A stretch of 64,000 nucleotides of DNA, taken from contig CALXTV010000007.1 of NCBI GenBank assembly GCA_944391505.1, positions 2,839 through 66,838 of the forward strand. Direction: 5' to 3'. This stretch comes from an uncultured Alphaproteobacteria bacterium (GTDB lineage Bacteria > Pseudomonadota > Alphaproteobacteria > RF32 > CAG-239). Both the position numbers and the translations under genes were made by a program. Shown here piece by piece: positions 39,653 to 48,484 of the stretch; position 1 is the first letter of the stretch, and each line of letters begins with the position of its first letter. The notes under the pieces were generated by a model. The model had not been told where the DNA came from. It ran no database searches and worked only from the letters and a program-made list of their open reading frames with translations.

Positions 39653-39836
39653 TGCCGACGGAAACGGTTAGACCGGCGGCGGAGCCTTCAAGCTCCTCAA
39701 ACAGAACCGAATATATGACCTCCTGCAAGGGAGGATGGTACGATATAAGCCGCTTTTGCGGACGAATTAGTACGCTGTCTGTTTGCAGTTTGAAGCTCCT
39801 CCCGCCTTTTCCAAATGAAAGGGCGGTTTTGTTTTT
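39653..39836 (+). ncRNA. Candidate small RNA or terminated 5' leader upstream of the XRE regulator gene
   Basis: A strong promoter upstream, and an intrinsic terminator cccgccttt...aaagggcgg plus T-run at 39801-39836. It contains a CCUCC/GGAGG hairpin and a direct repeat ttcaagctcctc / ttgaagctcctcc. Confidence 0.3.
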
Positions 39837-39862
39837 AACAAAACATAAAGGAGTTGAACATC

Positions 39863-40090
39863 ATGGCAACCAAAAACAACGAAATTATCAAAATCAGAAA
39901 CGGTATTTCCCGCCAACTGCATGAGACCCGTATCAGCGCCCATTTATCGTTGGTGCAGGTCGAAAAGCTGACCGGCATTCCCGCCGATGTTATCGACCGG
40001 CTGGAAGTCGGCATCAAACCGGTTGACATCGGCCACCTGCACCAGTTGGCCAAGGCTTACGGCAAAACCGTCAAAATCAGCCTGGTCTGA
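39863..40090 (+). CDS. XRE-family helix-turn-helix transcriptional regulator
   Basis: AAGGAG RBS. SLVQVEKLTGIPADVIDRLE matches the HTH_XRE pattern. Confidence 0.7.
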   Translation: MATKNNEIIKIRNGISRQLHETRISAHLSLVQVEKLTGIPADVIDRLEVGIKPVDIGHLHQLAKAYGKTVKISLV

Positions 40091-40123
40091 AAAATTAAAG
40101 CCCCTCTTCCGAGGGGCTTTTGC

Positions 40124-41113
40124 TTATTTGCTTATTTTGTCAGCCGGTTTGGTTTTAGCTGATTTTGCCGCTGGTTTTTTAGCGGCGGGTTTCTTTTTGG
40201 CAGCAGGCTTCTTTGCCTCAGCCTTAACTTCGGCCTTTGCCGGTACTGCCGGTTTTTCGTCAGCGCTTTTTACGGCGTGTTTTTTCTTGCCCGGAGCTTT
40301 TTTCGCAGGCGCTTTTTTTACCGGAGCCGCCTTCATGGCCTCCGGAAGAGGGGCAGAGCGGATTTCCTCTTTGGCTGTCACCGGTTCCGGAAGATGACCC
40401 TTGGCCGGAGCATATTTAATGACAAATCCGATTAAAGCGCAAAGGACGACCGCCAGAAACAGCAGCGTGCTGTTAAGACCGATCCAGCCCAGCGGAATAA
40501 ACAGAATATAGGCGGCGGTCAGAACGACGGCGCTCAAACGCATTCTGGAATCAAAAGCCATGTTCCGGCGGGCCAAAGCCGCAATAATCTGGGTGCAGAG
40601 AGCATAAAACATCGCCAGAATAAAATACAGGACAAACAAGACGACAATGCCGCCGATGCCGCAGACAATGGCAGACCAGTTCAGCCAGCTTTTGAAAACG
40701 TCGGTATAGTCGCCGCGGGGAATATAGTTGTTGCCCTCGATTTTGATAACCTTAATCTGATTTTTGTTCACGGTATAAATATTTGTACGGGTAACGTAAA
40801 CGCCCTGCGGCAGCAGGTTGGCGTCCAGATTGCTGACGCGTGTGTCCAAAACCAGCGGCAGCGCCAGCGGCGTATCTCTTCCCTCAATGCGTATCTGCGC
40901 CATTCTGAAAGTGTTGAGCGGCTCGACGATTTGTCCGTCAACAACCTTAATCGGCAGCATCTGATCGGCAATTTCCTGCGCATAAGGAATATAAGCGGTT
41001 CCCTGAACTCTGATGACAATAGCAAAAATCAATGCCATCAAAACCGACAGCCCGGCCAGAAATTTTATGCCCAAACCCTGACCGTTAAGAATATAACTGG
41101 TGATTTTTTTCAT
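40124..41113 (-). CDS. Membrane protein with Lys/Ala/Pro-rich C-terminal tail
   Basis: About 5 TM helices. The C-terminal 90 aa consist of KKPAAKK-type repeats. Confidence 0.6.
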   Translation of the reverse strand: MKKITSYILNGQGLGIKFLAGLSVLMALIFAIVIRVQGTAYIPYAQEIADQMLPIKVVDGQIVEPLNTFRMAQIRIEGRDTPLALPLVLDTRVSNLDANLLPQGVYVTRTNIYTVNKNQIKVIKIEGNNYIPRGDYTDVFKSWLNWSAIVCGIGGIVVLFVLYFILAMFYALCTQIIAALARRNMAFDSRMRLSAVVLTAAYILFIPLGWIGLNSTLLFLAVVLCALIGFVIKYAPAKGHLPEPVTAKEEIRSAPLPEAMKAAPVKKAPAKKAPGKKKHAVKSADEKPAVPAKAEVKAEAKKPAAKKKPAAKKPAAKSAKTKPADKISK

Positions 41114-41266
41114 TTTAAACCCCGTTTCAAATTGTTCCTGATGTCTTTTTATAACCTTTTGGCGTAAATGTAAATTGTTTTTCTTCTGTTTTTGCCGGTC
41201 TGGAAATTTTTCGCCGCATGATTAAATAGTAGATGATTGTTATAACCTTTAGCAAAGGAGAAAACG

Positions 41267-41812
41267 ATGGTTGCTTCTCAAACAAGTCGGAACATAGGCA
41301 TTTGGCACCTGATTGCCGGTATTGTTGTTGCCGTTCTGGGTGTTTATGTCTGGTTTAATCCGGAAGTCACGCTGCTGGGGCTGGCGCTTTACCTGGGTAT
41401 TGCGTTTATTGTTGTCGGTGCCGGCTATTTTATGCTTTCTTTTGCCGGTCATTCCGGCTGGTATCTGGCCGTGGGCATTTTGGATATGCTTGTCGGCGTG
41501 GTCTTTGTGTCAAATCTCGGTCTGACGGCAGCGTCTCTGCCGGTTATTATGGCATTGTGGTTTATGGCCGTCGGCGTCATGCAGATTGTCGCTTCCTTCG
41601 GCCTGCGTCGCGAAGGATTATCCTGGAGCTGGTCTTTGCTGGCCGGAATTTTGGGCGTGCTGTTCGCATTTTTGATTCTGGCATATCCCGTTATCGGCGC
41701 GGTTACCGTTACGGCATTGGTCGGCGCATATTTTTTCATGTACGGCATGATAGAAATCGGCGAATATATTGCCAACCGCAGGCTGGTTCCGGCCGAAACC
41801 GGTGTCTTTTAA
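41267..41812 (+). CDS. hdeD: HdeD-family (DUF308) acid-resistance membrane protein
   Basis: 6 TM helices with the repeated GxxxxxxG pattern typical of DUF308. Confidence 0.75.
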   Translation: MVASQTSRNIGIWHLIAGIVVAVLGVYVWFNPEVTLLGLALYLGIAFIVVGAGYFMLSFAGHSGWYLAVGILDMLVGVVFVSNLGLTAASLPVIMALWFMAVGVMQIVASFGLRREGLSWSWSLLAGILGVLFAFLILAYPVIGAVTVTALVGAYFFMYGMIEIGEYIANRRLVPAETGVF

Positions 41813-41841
41813 CAAAAAAATCCCGCTTCGGCGGGATTTTT
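41813..41841. terminator. Bidirectional rho-independent terminator
   Basis: aaaaaaatcccgcttcggcgggattttttt. Confidence 0.8.
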
Positions 41842-41842
41842 T

Positions 41843-41968
41843 TTAGCGGCGCTGACCGCCGTCATCAAAATGTCCGGTATGGAAATAATGACTGTCATGC
41901 GTATTGTCGTGAGACAAATGGCAGGCGGCAATAACGGCAAGAACGGCAACAATTAAAACTTTTTTCAT
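41843..41968 (-). CDS. Unannotated 41-aa secreted His-rich peptide
   Basis: Not in the ORF track because it is under 60 aa. AAGGAGAAAAATATG RBS, then MKKVLIVAVLAVIAACHLSHDNTHDSHYFHTGHFDDGGQRR. It has a signal/lipobox-like N-terminus and 6 His in 20 residues. Confidence 0.45.
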   Translation of the reverse strand: MKKVLIVAVLAVIAACHLSHDNTHDSHYFHTGHFDDGGQRR

Positions 41969-42046
41969 ATTTTTCTCCTTAATTAAAAATCAGTATAATA
42001 TGTTTTTTGGGTAATACAATCAAAAGCTTGATTATTACACAGAATA

Positions 42047-44422
42047 TCAGAAAGGCCTGATTGTTTCCTGCCCGGCAAAGCGGACAACCCTTTGCGGATA
42101 AGGAATGTTGATGTTGTTTTCGCGAAAACGTTCAACGATTTTTTCCCTGATGCGAAACGCTATTCCGGCGCTGCTGTAAACATTGGCCGTGTAGCAGTTC
42201 AGTTGAAAATTAAGAGCATTGTCGCCCAAATCGGTAAATTGCAGCGACGGCGGCGGCGAGGTCAGAACTTCCGGATCTGTTCCGGCAATGTCAAGCAAAA
42301 TGTCCTTAACCAAATTGATGTCGCTTTCATAATCGACGCCGACCTTGATTTCGACCCGCCCCATCTGGTCGCTGTAGGTTTTGTTTATCAGGCTGCTGGA
42401 AAGAATGGCCGCGTTCGGAATAATGACGTTGGACTTATTCCAGGTTTCAAGCTCGGTCGAACGCATATTGATTTTTTTGACAATGCCCTCCTGACCGTCG
42501 ACAATAACCCAGTCGCCGACTTTTATCTGCCGTTCAAACAAAATGGTCAGACCGGCCACCAGACTGCTGACCATGCTTTGCAGGCCGAGCCCCGCGCCGA
42601 AAGACAGGGCACCGGCAATAATGGTAATGCTGCCGATGCTTCCGCCCATAACCGCAAAACCGACAATCAGCGATATGATAACCCCGAAAAAGCCGATACC
42701 CGAAACAACCGAGTTCTTAACGCCGGGATCCCAGTCAATCTGACTAAGACTGCCGTTTTGAAAACTGCGTTTGAGCATTTTGAACAAAAAGGAAGAAACC
42801 AGAAAGCTGATTATTCCGAGCAGAATGGAAGTAATGGAGATATGCAGGCTGCCGATATTGAATCCGATTAAGAAGTTGCGAACCTTATTTAACATAATGT
42901 CAACCGAAACGCCCCAGACGGCCAACAGGGTCAATAAGGCCATAATGCCCAAAACCGGCTTGAGGACAAGGGCAAACCAGAAATTGGCCTTAACCAGTTT
43001 TCTGGGATTTATGCGCAGGGTTCTGCTCCAGAACTTCAACCGCATCAACTGGCGGAAGATAACCCGCAGCAACTTGTCAAGAATATAAAAGACGGCAATG
43101 ACCGTTCCCGAAATGATAAAGCGGTTGATGGCAAATTCCGAAAGCCGGATATAGCCGAACAAGGACGCACCGAAAGAAATCAGCATAAAAAAGGTAACTG
43201 CCAGACTGATTTTGGCCGGGATTGACAATTCCTTAAATTCTTCGTCACTCTTGCTGCCGGGAATGGAAGGTGTCTCATCGGTTTCTTGTGACGTTCCGTC
43301 AAACAAAAAACGGTTGGCAACCAAAATAACACAGAAGGCTTTGACCGCATTGGCAAAAATCTTAAGCGAATAAAGAACTTCCGGATCTACGTTTATTTCC
43401 GCGGCCAAAGACTGAAAAAAACTGACAACGCAGATGGCCGCCGCGGAAAAAATCAGCGCCTTGCTGCTTGCCTGTGCCCGTTCGTTGCTGACTTCAATAA
43501 TCCGCCATTTCCCGTTTGCCGGCGTAAACATGATTTTGACCAGAGCCTGAGTCAGAAAAAAATACAAAAGATACTGCGCTGCCGTATAGAGCAGTGTCCC
43601 GAAATTGCTTTTGTTGATAAGGGCGCCGTTTTTAATCCAAAACATGAAAGTTCCGATGATTGCCGCCGGAATTAACCCCCTGGCCAGAAACATCCACAGG
43701 GCGGCCCGCACTTTTTGACTGTAGTCCGGGTTAACGATGGATTCTCTGTAACCGAGCCGGGTTTTGATAAAATGGCGCAGAAAAACCGCCGCAAAGGTTG
43801 CGGCAATAATATAAAACAACGCGTAGATGATATTGTCGTCCGCCTTGGCCATGTCAGCCGCGGGAAGCTGCCTGTACCAGTCAAGCGGAGACTTGGCCAG
43901 CGCAAAGGTAAATTTGGCAAAACTGACCAGCGAAGTCCAAAATTCCTGCGGGTGAAAAATGGAGCTCTGTTTTGCAAAAATACGGGTAAATAAGTCCTGA
44001 TTGCGAACTTTCAAAATCAACCCGTTTAAATCGTCAATTTTAGTTTTTGCCAGCTTTGCCTGTGCAATGATCGCCCGGTACCCGTCGGCCTGTTTGTTCA
44101 GTTCGCGGCGCTGCTTGGCAATTTCGGGCGGCTCGCTGCCGTTTTCGGGAATTTCGCCGAGCGCCTCGATTTTTTTCTGAATGCTGCCGAGATCATTGTT
44201 TAACTGCGGCAGATACTGGTTCAGATTATCCTGTACGCCGTTGATTTTATCAAGCATGGCGTTTGTTTCCCCGGGGCTTATTTTTCCGGTGTTCAGCTCC
44301 GATGTCATCTTGTCAAGCTGCTTGTTGACGGCGCCGTAATCAAAATTATTTTCGGAAGATTGCGCCGCGGCTTGTGCCGCCGTCAGAAAAAATAAAAAAA
44401 AGACTGTTAAAAGTTTTTTCAT
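42047..44422 (-). CDS. MscS-family mechanosensitive channel (MscK/KefA-like, long periplasmic coiled-coil N-domain)
   Basis: Signal peptide, then a Gln/Leu-rich coiled coil, about 11 TM helices, and a C-terminal MscS beta domain (VGDWVIVDGQEGIV). Confidence 0.85.
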   Translation of the reverse strand: MKKLLTVFFLFFLTAAQAAAQSSENNFDYGAVNKQLDKMTSELNTGKISPGETNAMLDKINGVQDNLNQYLPQLNNDLGSIQKKIEALGEIPENGSEPPEIAKQRRELNKQADGYRAIIAQAKLAKTKIDDLNGLILKVRNQDLFTRIFAKQSSIFHPQEFWTSLVSFAKFTFALAKSPLDWYRQLPAADMAKADDNIIYALFYIIAATFAAVFLRHFIKTRLGYRESIVNPDYSQKVRAALWMFLARGLIPAAIIGTFMFWIKNGALINKSNFGTLLYTAAQYLLYFFLTQALVKIMFTPANGKWRIIEVSNERAQASSKALIFSAAAICVVSFFQSLAAEINVDPEVLYSLKIFANAVKAFCVILVANRFLFDGTSQETDETPSIPGSKSDEEFKELSIPAKISLAVTFFMLISFGASLFGYIRLSEFAINRFIISGTVIAVFYILDKLLRVIFRQLMRLKFWSRTLRINPRKLVKANFWFALVLKPVLGIMALLTLLAVWGVSVDIMLNKVRNFLIGFNIGSLHISITSILLGIISFLVSSFLFKMLKRSFQNGSLSQIDWDPGVKNSVVSGIGFFGVIISLIVGFAVMGGSIGSITIIAGALSFGAGLGLQSMVSSLVAGLTILFERQIKVGDWVIVDGQEGIVKKINMRSTELETWNKSNVIIPNAAILSSSLINKTYSDQMGRVEIKVGVDYESDINLVKDILLDIAGTDPEVLTSPPPSLQFTDLGDNALNFQLNCYTANVYSSAGIAFRIREKIVERFRENNINIPYPQRVVRFAGQETIRPF

Positions 44423-44527
44423 TGTTAATCCTTTACTTTTGAGCTTATATAATGTGCTGGGCAGAACGTTAAAGGTCTGCCGGAAAATTTTATTGTGTGA
44501 CACTTGCCCAAACGGAAAGGAGAACGG

Positions 44528-45157
44528 ATGAAAGTTTTAATGATAAACGGCAGCCCGCGTCCGAAAGGCTGCACTTTTACGGCGCTTTCGCTGGTTGCCG
44601 AGGCGTTGAACGAAGAGGGAATAGAAACGGAAATCATTCAGAGCGGCACTGGTGCGCTGCGCGACTGCATCGGCTGCCGGAAGTGTCATGAAAACGGCAA
44701 CAGCCGCTGTATTTTTAACGACGACATCGTTAACGGGATTATTGCCAAGGCGGAGCAGGCGGACGGTTTTGTATTCGGCTCGCCGGTTTATTACGCGCAT
44801 CCGAGCGGCCGGGTTTTGTCTTTGCTCGACCGGATTTTCTATGCCGGTTCCGGAGCTTTCATGAACAAGCCGGGCGCGGCGGTCGTTTCTGCGCGGCGTG
44901 CCGGAACGACGGCTTCGCTGGATGTTCTGAACAAATATTTTACCATCAGCAGAATGCCGGTGGTTTCTTCCCGTTACTGGAATATGGTGCACGGACAGAA
45001 GCCGGAAGACGTTATGCAGGATGCCGAAGGCGTGCAGGTTATGCGGCTTTTGGGAAAAAATATGGCCTGGCTGCTGAAGTGCATCGCGGCCGGAAAAGAG
45101 GCCGGTATTCTGCCGCCGCGGTTGGATAATCCCGTGATGACCAATTTTATCCGTTGA
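44528..45157 (+). CDS. NADPH-dependent FMN reductase / iron-sulfur flavoprotein family
   Basis: GGAAAGGAGAACGG RBS, MKVLMINGSPRPKGCT flavodoxin-like N-terminus, and a CxxC pair. Confidence 0.85.
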   Translation: MKVLMINGSPRPKGCTFTALSLVAEALNEEGIETEIIQSGTGALRDCIGCRKCHENGNSRCIFNDDIVNGIIAKAEQADGFVFGSPVYYAHPSGRVLSLLDRIFYAGSGAFMNKPGAAVVSARRAGTTASLDVLNKYFTISRMPVVSSRYWNMVHGQKPEDVMQDAEGVQVMRLLGKNMAWLLKCIAAGKEAGILPPRLDNPVMTNFIR

Positions 45158-45166
45158 TGAACCGAC

Positions 45167-45198
45167 AGCCTCCCTTTTGTTTAAGAGAGGCTGTTTTT
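45167..45198 (+). terminator. Rho-independent terminator
   Basis: cagcctccc...gagaggctg hairpin plus a T-run. Confidence 0.75.
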
Positions 45199-45306
45199 CT
45201 CTCAATCAACACATTGTACCAATGGATGTTTTTTATGCCCGAAGGTTTTATTTCGCGGATTAAAAATTATATAAGACGCAGCGGTATCATCTGAAAAGGA
45301 AAGGAT

Positions 45307-47565
45307 ATGAAAAAAATAGCGTTTGTTTTTTGCGGGATGATGCTGGCGTCGAAGGCCGGAGCGGTCACTCAGATAATTGAAGCCGGCGACGATGTCAGCG
45401 GCGGAGATGTCAATACGGTTGTAACCCAGGAAGTTTACGGAACAACCAGAAACTTTACTGTTTCCGGGGTTCAGCAGGTTATGTCGGGAGGCAAAACTTA
45501 TAACAGCAATATATATTCGTACGGACGCCAGGATGTTGAAACGGGCGGTATATCGTATAATACGAATGTCCAGTATTACGCCACACAAAACGTAAGCGGC
45601 GAAGCATATTCTTCCGTCGTTGCCACCCGTGGCAATATAAATGTTAGCAATGGCGGCTATGTGCAGGATACGGTGGTTAACGGCGGAACATTAACTGTTT
45701 CGGCAGGCGCTTCGGCCAAAGGCACAATCTTAAACAGCGGCCGCGAAAACGTTTCAGGGACGGATGAAAATGCACGGATTTCTGACGGGGTGCAGGAAAT
45801 AAGAAACGGAGGCGTTTCCCGCCAGGCCACGATAAGTGGAGGAGTGCAGCAGGTTGATGCCGGTGGTTCGAGTATTGGTGCCGTTATCTCCGGAAGCGGC
45901 CGACAGCAGGTGCGCGGAACAGTAAGCGGAACAGTTGTGCAAAGCGGCGGAGTTTCCAATATCATGACCGGTGGAACAGCGGACGGCACAACGCTTAACG
46001 GCGGCGATATGTATGTCGACGGAACTGCAAGCAACACGACCATAAATGCGGGAACTCAGATTGTTTTCGGAACCGATACAAATACGATTATTAATGGTGG
46101 AGTACAACAGATAGAAAGCGGCGGTCTGGTCTCCGGCGCCTTGGTTCAAAACGGTGGCGTGCAAAGTGTTTTTTCTGGAGGGGAAGCAGAGAATACGACA
46201 GTCAGTCGTCGCGGTGGTCTTTTCCTTTTTGCAGGCGGCACGTTATCCGGACAAACTAAGGTGTCGAACGGTCTTGTCACGGTTGTTGGCAGCAACCGGA
46301 TTCCGGACATGGAACTGGATAATGCCGTTGTCAATATTCCATACAGCAGGGGCTTTTCATCGTTGGAGTTTGACAAGTTGTCGGGGCGGGGTGTCTTTGG
46401 CATTAGCAGCAGTCTTTCGGAAGGACTTTCCGATAAAATTGTAATCCATTCGGGAACAGGCAGTTTCGGTCTGATAATTCATGACTACAGCCCGGAAGGA
46501 AATATCCCGGAACAATTTGGCATAATTAATGAAGGAAGCGGAGGCACGGAAGATTTTTACTTAGTCGGAGGAGCCGTCGATGTCGGTGCTTTTCAATATA
46601 ATCTCAAACAAAACGGGAACGAATGGTTTTTGTCTCGTACGCAGAATGTGACGGATAGCGCCGTCATCGCCAAAAACACCTATTCATCGTTGGCATCGCT
46701 GTTTTATACGCATCTGACCCCGGTCTATAATCATATTCGCAGCCGGCGGAACGCGTCGGGACATGACAATGGCTTGTGGATTAAAGGACTGGGGCAAAGA
46801 GTCAAATTTAAATATAAAGATAAGAGCAACAGCAGAGCAGACATTTACGGTACGGAAATCGGGTATGATCGCGAAGTTTGGCGTCATGAAGGACACTATT
46901 TGAGTATGGGCGCTTATGGCGGCTATACGGATACACGGCAAAAATTTGACCGCCAGGGACAAGGCGACGCATATACGCACTCTTTAGGTCTTTATGCCCT
47001 TTTAAATACGAATGACAACTGGTTTCTGGATATGGTCGGCACTTATTTCTGGCATCGTCAGAAGCTGAAAAGCTATACACCGGCGGGAAGTGCCGTCAGA
47101 GGCAAATACGACACAAACAGCTGGCAGTTATCGGCATCTTTGGGCAAACGTATAAGTTTAAACGGTCAATGGTTTATAGAACCGTCTGTCGGTTTGAATT
47201 ATATGCACATTGATGCCGTTCATTACCGAACCAGCTTCAACACGCTGATTGAAACTTCGGACGCGGGATATCTGAGCAGTCGGTTCGATTTGTCGGCAGG
47301 CCGGTCTTTTGCCTGGGGCAATGGCAACTTCTTGGATGCCTACGGACGCTTTGCCCTGATTCATGACCTTGACGGCAAAAGCCGTGTTCGCGTTGCCGAT
47401 TATGAGTTTACGGAGGATTTATCGTCATTGAGGTATGAACTGGGAGCCGGTGTAAGCACCTCGTGGAGTGAAAACGGTACCGCTTATCTTGAAGCCTCCA
47501 CACAATTAGGCAGCCGTGTTCGGCTGCCTTGGGAAGTCAACTTTGGAATTCAATATCGGTTTTAA
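45307..47565 (+). CDS. Autotransporter (passenger with GG-rich beta-helical repeats, C-terminal beta-barrel)
   Basis: Signal peptide. About 15 copies of the GGxxxxTxIxxGG pattern. The C-terminal barrel ends ...NFGIQYRF. Confidence 0.85.
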   Translation: MKKIAFVFCGMMLASKAGAVTQIIEAGDDVSGGDVNTVVTQEVYGTTRNFTVSGVQQVMSGGKTYNSNIYSYGRQDVETGGISYNTNVQYYATQNVSGEAYSSVVATRGNINVSNGGYVQDTVVNGGTLTVSAGASAKGTILNSGRENVSGTDENARISDGVQEIRNGGVSRQATISGGVQQVDAGGSSIGAVISGSGRQQVRGTVSGTVVQSGGVSNIMTGGTADGTTLNGGDMYVDGTASNTTINAGTQIVFGTDTNTIINGGVQQIESGGLVSGALVQNGGVQSVFSGGEAENTTVSRRGGLFLFAGGTLSGQTKVSNGLVTVVGSNRIPDMELDNAVVNIPYSRGFSSLEFDKLSGRGVFGISSSLSEGLSDKIVIHSGTGSFGLIIHDYSPEGNIPEQFGIINEGSGGTEDFYLVGGAVDVGAFQYNLKQNGNEWFLSRTQNVTDSAVIAKNTYSSLASLFYTHLTPVYNHIRSRRNASGHDNGLWIKGLGQRVKFKYKDKSNSRADIYGTEIGYDREVWRHEGHYLSMGAYGGYTDTRQKFDRQGQGDAYTHSLGLYALLNTNDNWFLDMVGTYFWHRQKLKSYTPAGSAVRGKYDTNSWQLSASLGKRISLNGQWFIEPSVGLNYMHIDAVHYRTSFNTLIETSDAGYLSSRFDLSAGRSFAWGNGNFLDAYGRFALIHDLDGKSRVRVADYEFTEDLSSLRYELGAGVSTSWSENGTAYLEASTQLGSRVRLPWEVNFGIQYRF

Positions 47566-47583
47566 GAAAAATGCAAAGCGGTT

Positions 47584-47898
47584 TTATGAAACAGCTTTCA
47601 GGCCGGCGACGCCGATAATAATCAGCCCAACGCTTATAATCCGACGCCGGCTGCGGCTTTCGCCGAAAAAAATCATATTGACGATAACCGCGCCCGCCGT
47701 TCCAAGCCCCATCCATACGGCATAGGCAATGCTCATATCCAGAAAGTCCAACGCCATATACAGCAACAAATAGGAAAAGGCAAAACCGCCCGTAAACAAA
47801 AGCAGATTTATAAGCGTTTTCTGCCTGCTGAACATTTTCAGTCCGACGACGCCGGCAATTTCCATTATTGCGGCCGCTACAACATATATCCAACCCAT
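47584..47898 (-). CDS. SMR-family small multidrug resistance protein (EmrE/SugE-like)
   Basis: 104 aa, 4 TM helices, and a conserved Glu in the first helix (MEIAG). Confidence 0.85.
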   Translation of the reverse strand: MGWIYVVAAAIMEIAGVVGLKMFSRQKTLINLLLFTGGFAFSYLLLYMALDFLDMSIAYAVWMGLGTAGAVIVNMIFFGESRSRRRIISVGLIIIGVAGLKAVS

Positions 47899-47902
47899 TT
47901 GT

Positions 47903-48268
47903 CTACTCCTTTTCTTTCTGAGTTTCGTTTTCGGCCAGTTTCAGACTGATAACGCCGACAATCAGCAAGGCAATGAAAAAGCCCTTTGCAAAAGAAAATT
48001 CTATATTGAAAATCAGCGTGTCCATCAGCGCCGTGCAAATAGTTCCGATTGCCGAAAAAATCGCATAAACTGTACCTGTCTGAATACTTTCGCAGGCTTT
48101 TTCCAAAAAATAGAAATCAGCGATGATGATTAAGGCAATTAAAATAAAATGAAACAGGCTCTCCGCCGCATTAAAACCATAAATCCAAAGAAGTTCAAAA
48201 ATACATGTCAGAACGACATAAGTCCATCCTTTACTAATTTTTTTTCTCCTTACAATTAATAATAACAA
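47903..48268 (-). CDS. SMR-family protein, paired subunit
   Basis: Adjacent to the first SMR gene with a 4-nt gap, and has a conserved TM1 Glu (IFELLWIYG). The exact start is uncertain because the AAGGAG lies inside the ORF. Confidence 0.7.
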   Translation of the reverse strand: MLLLIVRRKKISKGWTYVVLTCIFELLWIYGFNAAESLFHFILIALIIIADFYFLEKACESIQTGTVYAIFSAIGTICTALMDTLIFNIEFSFAKGFFIALLIVGVISLKLAENETQKEKE

Positions 48269-48484
48269 TTATATCATAAAACAACGAATAAAAGCAACCG
48301 AAAAAATCTACTTTAAAAAAACGGATTTGTGTAAAAATCGGAATGTTTTTTACCCGGTGCTTGAACATATGGTTGACCTGTGTTAACTTTTTCAGCGCAA
48401 AAAGTTAATATATGAACGGCTGTATGGAAAATTTCATCGGAAATTTACTGCAGAACATACAGATTATGTGAGGCAGAAACATAA

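Noticed and set aside
39715-39924. 69-aa ORF spanning the leader terminator and overlapping the XRE gene start
   Set aside because: It runs through an intrinsic terminator and the RBS and start of the HTH gene in another frame, and has no RBS of its own.
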